From assembly GCA_040954595.2 (NCBI GenBank), contig CM082581.2, positions 13,589,921-13,653,920 on the forward strand: a stretch of DNA of 64,000 nt, read 5' to 3'. Each line of letters begins with the position of its first letter. Position 1 is the first letter of the stretch. The stretch is from Balanoglossus misakiensis. Its lineage: Eukaryota > Animalia > Hemichordata. Position numbers and translations under genes: made by a program. Of this stretch, positions 38,201 through 50,200 are shown piece after piece. The notes below the pieces were generated by a model. That model saw nothing but the letters and a program-made list of their open reading frames with translations, did not search any database and was not told where the DNA came from.

Positions 38201-41200
38201 TGGGTTATAGCTCAGGAAAATCGTCAAAAATCGCCGAATTTTCGACTTTTCCGAACTTTCGAAATTCGTCGATTTTTGAAGAAATCATGGGTTATAGCTC
38301 AGGAAAATCGTCAAAAATCGCCGAATTTTCGACTTTTCCGAACTTTCGAAATTCGTCGATTTTTGAAGAAATCATGGGTTATAGCTCAGGAAAATCGTCA
38401 AAAATCGCTGAATTTTCGACTTTTCCGAACTTTCGAAATTCGTCGATTTTTGAAGAAATCATGGGTTATAGCTCAGGAAAATCGTCAAAAATCGCCGATT
38501 TTTCGACTTTTCCGAACTTTCGAAATTCGTCGATTTTTGAAGAAATCATGGGTTATAGCTCAGGAAAATCGTCAAAAATCGCCGATTTTTCGACTTTTCC
38601 GAACTTTCGAAATTCGTCGATTTTTGAAGAAATCATGGGTTATAGCTCAGGAAAATCGTCAAAAATCGCCGATTTTTCGACTTTTCCGAACTTTCGAAAT
38701 TCGTCGATTTTTGAAGAAATCATGGGTTATAGCTCAGGAAAATCGTCAAAAATCGCCGATTTTTCGACTTTTCCGAACTTTCGAAATTCGTCGATTTTTG
38801 AAGAAATCATGGGTTATAGCTCAGGAAAATCGTCAAAAATCGCCGATTTTTCGACTTTTCCGAACTTTCGAAATTCGTCGATTTTTGAAGAAATCATGGG
38901 TTATACATGTAGCTCAGGAAAATCGTCAAAAATCGCCGATTTTTCGACTTTTCCGAACTTTCGAAATTCGTCGATTTTTGAAGAAATCATGGGTTATACA
39001 TGTAGCTCAGGAAAATCGTCAAAAATCGCCGATTTTTCGACTTTTCCGAACTTTCGAAATTCGTCGATTTTTGAAGAAATCATGGGTTATAGCTCAGGAA
39101 AATCGTCAAAAATCGCCGATTTTTCGACTTTTCCGAACTTTCGAAATTCGTCGATTTTTGAAGAAATCATGGGTTATAGCTCAGGAAAATCGTCAAAAAT
39201 CGCCGATTTTTCGACTTTTCCGAACTTTCGAAATTCGTCGATTTTTGAAGAAATCATGGGTTATAGCTCAGGAAAATCGTCAAAAATCGCCGATTTTTCG
39301 ACTTTTCCGAACTTTCGAAATTCGTCGATTTTTGAAGAAATCATGGGTTATAGCTCAGGAAAATCGTCAAAAATCGCCGATTTTTCGACTTTTCCTAACT
39401 TTCGAAATTCGTCGATTTTTGAAGAAATCATGGGTTATAGCTCAGGAAAATCGTCAAAAATCGCCGATTTTTCGACTTTTCCGAACTTTCGAAATTCGTC
39501 GATTTTTGAAGAAATCATGGGTTATAGCTCAGGAAAATCGTCAAAAATCGCCGATTTTTCGACTTTTCCGAACTTTCGAAATTCGTCGATTTTTGAAGAA
39601 ATCATGGGTTATAGCTCAGGAAAATCGTCAAAAATCGCCGATTTTTCGACTTTTCCGAACTTTCGAAATTCGTCGATTTTTGAAGAAATCATGGGTTATA
39701 GCTCAGGAAAATCGTCAAAAATCGCCGATTTTTCGACTTTTCCGAACTTTCGAAATTCGTCGATTTTTGAAGAAATCATGGGTTATAGCTCAGGAAAATC
39801 GTCAAAAATCGCCGAATTTTCGACTTTTCCGAACTTTCGAAATTCGTCGATTTTTGAAGAAATCATGGGTTATAGCTCAGGAAAATCGTCAAAAATCGCC
39901 GATTTTTCGACTTTTCCGAACTTTCGAAATTCGTCGATTTTTGAAGAAATCATGGGTTATAGCTCAGGAAAATCGTCAAAAATCGCCGATTTTTCGACTT
40001 TTCCGAACTTTCGAAATTCGTCGATTTTTGAAGAAATCATGGGTTATAGCTCAGGAAAATCGTCAAAAATCGCCGAATTTTCGACTTTTCCGAACTTTCG
40101 AAATTCGTCGATTTTTGAAGAAATCATGGGTTATAGCTCAGGAAAATCGTCAAAAATCGCCGAATTTTCGACTTTTCCGAACTTTCGAAATTCGTCGATT
40201 TTTGAAGAAATCATGGGTTATAGCTCAGGAAAATCGTCAAAAATCGCCGAATTTTCGACTTTTCCGAACTTTCGAAATTCGTCGATTTTTGAAGAAATCA
40301 TGGGTTATAGCTCAGGAAAATCGTCAAAAATCGCCGAATTTTCGACTTTTCCGAACTTTCGAAATTCGTCGATTTTTGAAGAAATCATGGGTTATAGCTC
40401 AGGAAAATCGTCAAAAATCGCCGAATTTTCGACTTTTCCGAACTTTCGAAATTCGTCGATTTTTGAAGAAATCATGGGTTATAGCTCAGGAAAATCGTCA
40501 AAAATCGCCGAATTTTCGACTTTTCCGAACTTTCGAAATTCGTCGATTTTTGAAGAAATCATGGGTTATAGCTCAGGAAAATCGTCAAAAATCGCCGAAT
40601 TTTCGACTTTTCCGAACTTTCGAAATTCGTCGATTTTTGAAGAAATCATGGGTTATAGCTCAGGAAAATCGTCAAAAATCGCCGATTTTTCGACTTTTCC
40701 GAACTTTCGAAATTCGTCGATTTTTGAAGAAATCATGGGTTATAGCTCAGGAAAATCGTCAAAAATCGCCGATTTTTCGACTTTTCCGAACTTTCGAAAT
40801 TCGTCGATTTTTGAAGAAATCATGGGTTATAGCTCAGGAAAATCGTCAAAAATCGCCGATTTTTCGACTTTTCCGAACTTTCGAAATTCGTCGATTTTTG
40901 AAGAAATCATGGGTTATAGCTCAGGAAAATCGTCAAAAATCGCCGATTTTCCGACTTTTCCGAACTTTCGAAATTCGTCGATTTTTGAAGAAATCATGGG
41001 TTATAGCTCAGGAAAATCGTCAAAAATCGCCGAATTTTCGACTTTTCCGAACTTTCGAAATTCGTCGATTTTTGAAGAAATCATGGGTTATAGCTCAGGA
41101 AAATCGTCAAAAATCGCCGAATTTTCGACTTTTCCGAACTTTCGAAATTCGTCGATTTTTGAAGAAATCATGGGTTATAGCTCAGGAAAATCGTCAAAAA

Positions 41201-44200
41201 TCGCCGATTTTTCGACTTTTCCGAACTTTCGAAATTCGTCGATTTTTGAAGAAATCATGGGTTATAGCTCAGGAAAATCGTCAAAAATTGCCGATTTTTC
41301 GACTTTTCCGAACTTTCGAAATTCGTCGATTTTTGAAGAAATCATGGGTTATAGCTCAGGAAAATCGTCAAAAATCGCCGAATTTTCGACTTTTCCGAAC
41401 TTTCGAAATTCGTCGATTTTTGAAGAAATCATGGGTTATAGCTCAGGAAAATCGTCAAAAATCGTCGATTTTTCGACTTTTCCGAACTTTCGAAATTCGT
41501 CGATTTTTGAAGAAATCATGGGTTATAGCTCAGGAAAATCGTCAAAAATCGCCGATTTTTCGACTTTTCCGAACTTTCGAAATTCGTCGATTTTTGAAGA
41601 AATCATGGGTTATAGCTCAGGAAAATCGTCAAAAATCGCCGAATTTTCGACTTTTCCGAACTTTCGAAATTCGTCGATTTTTGAAGAAATCATGGGTTAT
41701 AGCTCAGGAAAATCGTCAAAAATCGCCGAATTTTCGACTTTTCCGAACTTTCGAAATTCGTCGATTTTTGAAGAAATCATGGGTTATAGCTCAGGAAAAT
41801 CGTCAAAAATCGCCGAATTTTCGACTTTTCCGAACTTTCGAAATTCGTCGATTTTTGAAGTAATCATGGGTTATAGCTCAGGAAAATCGTCAAAAATCGC
41901 CGAATTTTCGACTTTTCCGAACTTTCGAAATTCGTCGATTTTTGAAGAAATCATGGGTTATATCTCAGGAAAATCGTCAAAAATCGCCGATTTTTCGACT
42001 TTTCCGAACTTTCGAAATTCGTCGATTTTTGAAGAAATCATGGGTTATAGCTCAGGAAAATCGTCAAAAATCGCCGATTTTTCGACTTTTCCGAACTTTC
42101 GAAATTCGTCGATTTTTGAAGAAATCATGGGTTATAGCTCAGGAAAATCGTCAAAAATCGCCGATTTTTCGACTTTTCCGAACTTTCGAAATTCGTCGAT
42201 TTTTGAAGAAATCATGGGTTATAGCTCAGGAAAATCGTCAAAAATCGCCGAATTTTCGACTTTTCCGAACTTTCGAAATTCGTCGATTTTTGAAGAAATC
42301 ATGGGTTATAGCTCAGGAAAATCGTCAAAAATCGCCGAATTTTCGACTTTTCCGAACTTTCGAAATTCGTCGATTTTTGAAGAAATCATGGGTTATAGCT
42401 CAGGAAAATCGTCAAAAATCGCCGAATTTTCGACTTTTCCGAACTTTCGAAATTCGTCGATTTTTGAAGTAATCATGGGTTATAGCTCAGGAAAATCGTC
42501 AAAAATCGCCGAATTTTCGACTTTTCCGAACTTTCGAAATTCGTCGATTTTTGAAGAAATCATGGGTTATATCTCAGGAAAATCGTCAAAAATCGCCGAT
42601 TTTTCGACTTTTCCGAACTTTCGAAATTCGTCGATTTTTGAAGAAATCATGGGTTATAGCTCAGGAAAATCGTCAAAAATCGCCGATTTTTCGACTTTTC
42701 CGAACTTTCGAAATTCGTCGATTTTTGAAGAAATCATGGGTTATAGCTCAGGAAAATCGTCAAAAATCGCCGATTTTTCGACTTTTCCGAACTTTCGAAA
42801 TTCGTCGATTTTTGAAGAAATCATGGGTTATAGCTCAGGAAAATCGTCAAAAATCGCCGATTTTTCGACTTTTCCGAACTTTCGAAATTCGTCGATTTTT
42901 GAAGAAATCATGGGTTATAGCTCAGGAAAATCGTCAAAAATCGCCGATTTTTCGACTTTTCCGAACTTTCGAAATTCGTCGATTTTTGAAGAAATCATGG
43001 GTTATAGCTTAGGAAAATCGTCAAAAATCGCCGAATTTTCGACTTTTCCGAACTTTCGAAATTCGTCGATTTTTGAAGAAATCATGGGTTATAGCTCAGG
43101 AAAATCGTCAAAAATCGCCGATTTTTCGACTTTTCCGAACTTTCGAAATTCGTCGATTTTGAAGAAATCATGGGTTATAGCTCAGGAAAATCGTCAAAAA
43201 TCGCCGATTTTCCGACTTTTCCGAACTTTCGAAATTCGTCGATTTTTGAAGAAATCATGGGTTATAGCTCAGGAAAATCGTCAAAAATCGCCGAATTTTC
43301 GACTTTTCCGAACTTTCGAAATTCGTCGATTTTTGAAGAAATCATGGGTTATAGCTCAGGAAAATCGTCAAAAATCGCCGAATTTTCGACTTTTCCGAAC
43401 TTTCGAAATTCGTCGATTTTTGAAGAAATCATGGGTTATAGCTCAGGAAAATCGTCAAAAATCGCCGAATTTTCGACTTTTCCGAACTTTCGAAATTCGT
43501 CGATTTTTGAAGAAATCATGGGTTATAGCTCAGGAAAATCGTCAAAAATCGCCGATTTTTCGACTTTTCCGAACTTTCGAAATTCGTCGATTTTTGAAGA
43601 AATCATGGGTTATAGCTCAGGAAAATCGTCAAAAATCGCCGAATTTTCGACTTTTCCGAACTTTCGAAATTCGTCGATTTTTGAAGAAATCATGGGTTAT
43701 AGCTCAGGAAAATCGTCAAAAATCGCCGAATTTTCGACTTTTCCGAACTTTCGAAATTCGTCGATTTTTGAAGAAATCATGGGTTATAGCTCAGGAAAAT
43801 CGTCAAAAATCGTCGATTTTTCGACTTTTCCGAACTTTCGAAATTCGTCGATTTTTGAAGAAATCATGGGTTATAGCTCAGGAAAATCGTCAAAAATCGC
43901 CGATTTTTCGACTTTTCCGAACTTTCGAAATTCGTCGATTTTTGAAGAAATCATGGGTTATAGCTCAGGAAAATCGTCAAAAATCGCCGAATTTTCGACT
44001 TTTCCGAACTTTCGAAATTCGTCGATTTTTGAAGAAATCATGGGTTATAGCTCAGGAAAATCGTCAAAAATCGCCGAATTTTCGACTTTTCCGAACTTTC
44101 GAAATTCGTCGATTTTTGAAGAAATCATGGGTTATAGCTCAGGAAAATCGTCAAAAATCGCCGAATTTTCGACTTTTCCGAACTTTCGAAATTCGTCGAT

Positions 44201-47200
44201 TTTTGAAGTAATCATGGGTTATAGCTCAGGAAAATCGTCAAAAATCGCCGAATTTTCGACTTTTCCGAACTTTCGAAATTCGTCGATTTTTGAAGAAATC
44301 ATGGGTTATAGCTCAGGAAAATCGTCAAAAATCGCCGATTTTTCGACTTTTCCGAACTTTCGAAATTCGTCGATTTTTGAAGAAATCATGGGTTATAGCT
44401 CAGGAAAATCGTCAAAAATCGCCGAATTTTCGACTTTTCCGAACTTTCGAAATTCGTCGATTTTTGAAGAAATCATGGGTTATAGCTCAGGAAAATCGTC
44501 AAAAATCGCCGAATTTTCGACTTTTCCGAACTTTCGAAATTCGTCGATTTTTGAAGAAATCATGGGTTATAGCTCAGGAAAATCGTCAAAAATCGCCGAA
44601 TTTTCGACTTTTCCGAACTTTCGAAATTCGTCGATTTTTGAAGAAATCATGGGTTATAGCTCAGGAAAATCGTCAAAAATCGCCGAATTTTCGACTTTTC
44701 CGAACATTCGAAATTCGTCGATTTTTGAAGAAATCATGGGTTATAGCTCAGGAAAATCGTCAAAAATCGCCGATTTTTCGACTTTTCCGAACTTTCGAAA
44801 TTCGTCGATTTTTGAAGAAATCATGGGTTATAGCTCAGGAAAATCGTCAAAAATCGCCGATTTTTCGACTTTTCCGAACTTTCGAAATTCGTCGATTTTT
44901 GAAGAAATCATGGGTTATAGCTCAGGAAAATCGTCAAAAATCGCCGATTTTTCGACTTTTCCGAACTTTCGAAATTCGTCGATTTTTGAAGAAATCATGG
45001 GTTATAGCTCAGGAAAATCGTCAAAAATCGCCGATTTTTCGACTTTTCCGAACTTTCGAAATTCGTCGATTTTTGAAGAAATCATGGGTTATAGCTCAGG
45101 AAAATCGTCAAAAATCGCCGATTTTTCGACTTTTCCGAACTTTCGAAATTCGTCGATTTTTGAAGAAATCATGGGTTATAGCTCAGGAAAATCGTCAAAA
45201 ATCGCCGATTTTTCGACTTTTCCGAACTTTCGAAATTCGTCGATTTTTGAAGAAATCATGGGTTATAGCTCAGGAAAATCGTCAAAAATCGCCGATTTTT
45301 CGACTTTTCCGAACTTTCGAAATTCGTCGATTTTTGAAGAAATCATGGGTTATAGCTCAGGAAAATCGTCAAAAATCGCCGAATTTTCGACTTTTCCGAA
45401 CTTTCGAAATTCGTCGATTTTTGAAGAAATCATGGGTTATAGCTCAGGAAAATCGTCAAAAATCGCCGATTTTTCGACTTTTCCGAACTTTCGAAATTCG
45501 TCGATTTTTGAAGAAATCATGGGTTATAGCTCAGGAAAATCGTCAAAAATCGCCGATTTTTCGACTTTTCCGAACTTTCGAAATTCGTCGATTTTTGAAG
45601 AAATCATGGGTTATAGCTCAGGAAAATCGTCAAAAATCGCCGAATTTTCGACTTGTCCGAACTTTCGAAATTCGTCGATTTTTGAAGAAATCATGGGTTA
45701 TAGCTCAGGAAAATCGTCAAAAATCGCCGAATTTTCGACTTTTCCGAACTTTCGAAATTCGTCGATTTTTGAAGAAATCATGGGTTATAGCTCAGGAAAA
45801 TCGTCAAAAATCGCCGAATTTTCGACTTTTCCGAACTTTCGAAATTCGTCGATTTTTGAAGAAATCATGGGTTATAGCTCAGGAAAATCGTCAAAAATCG
45901 CCGAATTTTCGACTTTTCCGAACTTTCGAAATTCGTCGACTTTTGAAGAAATCATGGGTTATAGCTCAGGAAAATCGTCAAAAATCGCCGATTTTTCGAC
46001 TTTTCCGAACTTTCGAAATTCGTCGATTTTTGAAGAAATCATGGGTTATAGCTCAGGAAAATCGTCAAAAATCGCCGATTTTTCGACTTTTCCGAACTTT
46101 CGAAATTCGTCGATTTTTGAAGAAATCATGGGTTATAGCTCAGGGAAAATCGTCAAAAATCGCCGATTTTTCGACTTTTCCGAACTTTCGAACTTCGTCG
46201 ATTTTTGAAGAAATCATGGGTTATAGCTCAGGAAAATCGTCAAAAATCGCCGATTTTTCGACTTTTCCGAACTTTCGAAATTCGTCGATTTTTGAAGAAA
46301 TCATGGGTTATAGCTCAGGAAAATCGTCAAAAATTGCCGATTTTTCGACTTTTCCGAACTTTCGAACTTCGTCGATTTTTGAAGAAATCATGGGTTATAG
46401 CTCAGGAAAATCGTCAAAAATCGCCGAATTTTCGACTTTTCCGAACTTTCGAAATTCGTCGATTTTTGAAGAAATCATGGGTTATAGCTCAGGAAAATCG
46501 TCAAAAATCGCCGAATTTTCGACTTTTCCGAACTTTCGAAATTCGTCGATTTTTGAAGAAATCATGGGTTATAGCTCAGGAAAATCGTCAAAAATCGCCG
46601 ATTTTCCGACTTTTCCGAACTTTCGAAATTCGTCGATTTTTTGAAGAAATCATGGGTTATAGCTCAGGAAAATCGTCAAAAATCGCCGAATTTTCGACTT
46701 TTCCGAACTTTCGAAATTCGTCGATTTTTGAAGAAATCATGGGTTATAGCTCAGGAAAATCGTCAAAAATCGCCGAATTTTCGACTTTTCCGAACTTTCG
46801 AAATTCGTCGATTTTTGAAGAAATCATGGGTTATAGCTCAGGAAAATCGTCAAAAATCGCCGAATTTTCGACTATTCCGAACTTTCGAAATTCGTCGATT
46901 TTTGAAGAAATCATGGGTTATAGCTCAGGAAAATCGTCAAAAATCGCCGAATTTTCGACTTTTCCGAACTTTCGAAATTCGTCGATTTTTGAAGAAATCA
47001 TGGGTTATAGCTCAGGAAAATCGTCAAAAATCGCCGAATTTTCGACTTTTCCGAACTTTCGAAATTCGTCGATTTTTGAAGAAATCATGGGTTATAGCTC
47101 AGGAAAATCGTCAAAAATCGCCGAATTTTCGACTTTTCCGAACTTTCGAAATTCGTCGATTTTTGAAGAAATCATGGGTTATAGCTCAGGAAAATCGTCA

Positions 47201-50200
47201 AAAATCGCCGAATTTTCGACTTTTCCGAACTTTCGAAATTCGTCGATTTTTGAAGAAATCATGGGTTATAGCTCAGGAAAATCGTCAAAAATCGCCGAAT
47301 TTTCGACTTTTCCGAACTTTCGAAATTCGTCGATTTTTGAAGAAATCATGGGTTATAGCTCAGGAAAATCGTCAAAAATCGCCGAATTTTCGACTTTTCC
47401 GAACTTTCGAAATTCGTCGATTTTTGAAGAAATCATGGGTTATAGCTCAGGAAAATCGTCAAAAATCGCCGAATTTTCGACTTTTCCGAACTTTCGAAAT
47501 TCGTCGATTTTTGAAGAAATCATGGGTTATAGCTCAGGAAAATCGTCAAAAATCGCCGAATTTTCGACTTTTCCGAACTTTCGAAATTCGTCGATTTTTG
47601 AAGAAATCATGGGTTATAGCTCAGGAAAATCGTCAAAAATCGCCGATTTTTCGACTTTTCCGAACTTTCGAAATTCGTCGATTTTTGAAGAAATCATGGG
47701 TTATAGCTCAGGAAAATCGTAAAAAATCGCCGATTTTTCGACTTTTCCAAATCTCGAAATTTCGCCGATTTTTGAAGAATTCATGGGTTATAGCTTTGGA
47801 TAATCGTCAAAAATCGCCGAATTTTCGACTTTTCCAAATCTCGAAATTTCGCCGATTTTTGAAAAAATCATGGGTTATAGCTCAGGAAAATCGTCAAAAA
47901 TCGCCGATTTTTCGACTTTTCCAAATCTCGAAATTTCACCAATTTTTGAAAAAATCATGGGTTATAGCTCAGGAAAATCGTCAAAAATCGCCGATTTTTC
48001 GACTTTTCCGAATCTCGAAATTTCGCCGAAAAGAAACGTCGAAAAATCGGCGATTTTTGACGATTTTCCTGAGCTATAACCCATGATTTCTTCAAAAATC
48101 GACGAATTTCGAAAGTTCGGAAAAGTCGAAAAATCGGCGATTTTTGACGATTTTCCTGAGCTATAACCCATGATTTTTTCAAAAATCGGCGAAATTTCGA
48201 GATTTGGAAAAGTCGAAAAATCGTCGATTTTTGATGATTTTCCTGAGCTATAACCCATGATTTTTTCAAAAATCGGCGAAATTTCGAGATTTGGAAAAGT
48301 CGAAAAATCGGCGATTTTTGATGATTTTCCTGAGCTATAACCCATGATTTCTTCAAAAATAGACGAATTTCGAAAGTTCGGAAAAGTCGAAAAATCGGCG
48401 ATTTTTGACGACTTTCCTGAGCTATAACCCATGATTTCTTCAAAAATCGACGAATTTCGAAAGTTCGGAAAAGTCGAAAAATCGGCGATTTTTGACGATT
48501 TTCCTGAGCTATAACCCATGATTTTTTCAAAAATCGGCGAAATTTCGAGATTTGGAAAAGTCGAAAAATCGGCGATTTTTGATGATTTTCCTGAGCTATA
48601 ACCCATGATTTTTTTAAAAATCGGCGAAATTTCGAGATTTGGAAAAGTCGAAAAATCGGCGATTTTTGATGATTTTCCTGAGCTATAACCCATGATTTCT
48701 TGAAAAATCGACGAATTTCGAAAGTTCGGAAAAGTCGAAAAATCGGCGATTTTTGACGATTTTCCTGAGCTATAACCCATGATTTTTTCAAAAATCGGCG
48801 AAATTTCGAGATTTGGAAAAGTCGAAAAATCGTCGATTTTTGACGATTTTCCTGAGCTATAACCCATGATTTCTTCAAAAATCGGCGAAATTTCGAGATT
48901 TGGAAAAGTCGAAAAATCGGCGATTTTTGATGATTTTCCTGAGCTATAACCCATGATTTCTTCAAAAATCGACGAATTTCGAAAGTTCGGAAAAGTCGAA
49001 AAATCGGCGATTTTTGACGATTTTCCTGAGTTATAACCCATGATTATTTCAAAAATCGGCGAAATTTCGAGATTTGGAAAAGTCGAAAAATCGGCGATTT
49101 TTGACGATTTTCCTGAGCTATAACCCATGATTTCTTCAAAAATCGACGAATTTCGAAAGTTCGGAAAAGTCGAAAAATCGTCGATTTTTGATGATTTTCC
49201 TGAGCTATAACCCATGATTTTTTCAAAAATCGGCGAAATTTCGAGATTTGGAAAAGTCGAAAAATCGGCGATTTTTGACGATTTTCCTGAGCTATAACCC
49301 ATGATTTCTTCAAAAATAGACGAATTTCGAAAGTTCGGAAAAGTCGAAAAATCGGCGATTTTTGACGACTTTCCTGAGCTATAACCCATGATTTCTTCAA
49401 AAATCGACGAATTTCGAAAGTTCGGAAAAGTCGAAAAATCGGCGATGTTTGACGATTTTCCTGAGCTATAACCCATGATTTCTTCAAAAATCGACGAATT
49501 TCGAAAGTTCGGAAAAGTCGAAAAATCGGCGATTTTTGACGATTTTCCTGAGCTATAACCCATGATTTTTTCAAAAATCGGCGAAATTTCGAGATTTGGA
49601 AAAGTCGAAAAATCGGCGATTTTTGATGATTTTCCTGAGCTATAACCCATGATTTTTTTAAAAATCGGCGAAATTTCGAGATTTGGAAAAGTCGAAAAAT
49701 CGGCGATTTTTGATGATTTTCCTGAGCTATAACCCATGATTTCTTGAAAAATCGACGAATTTCGAAAGTTCGGAAAAGTCGAAAAATCGGCGATTTTTGA
49801 CGATTTTCCTGAGCTATAACCCATGATTTTTTCAAAAATCGGCGAAATTTCGAGATTTGGAAAAGTCGAAAAATCGTCGATTTTTGACGATTTTCCTGAG
49901 CTATAACCCATGATTTCTTCAAAAATCGGCGAAATTTCGAGATTTGGAAAAGTCGAAAAATCGGCGATTTTTGATGATTTTCCTGAGCTATAACCCATGA
50001 TTTCTTCAAAAATCGACGAATTTCGAAAGTTCGGAAAAGTCGAAAAATCGGCGATTTTTGACGATTTTCCTGAGTTATAACCCATGATTATTTCAAAAAT
50101 CGGCGAAATTTCGAGATTTGGAAAAGTCGAAAAATCGGCGATTTTTGACGATTTTCCTGAGCTATAACCCATGATTTCTTCAAAAATCGACGATTTTCGA

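Noticed and set aside
48000-48060. Inversion as a fold-back read or assembly artefact
   Set aside because: The arms differ in subtype content and higher-order structure, and AKR exons on both sides are collinear and in phase. Exact array length remains uncertain.
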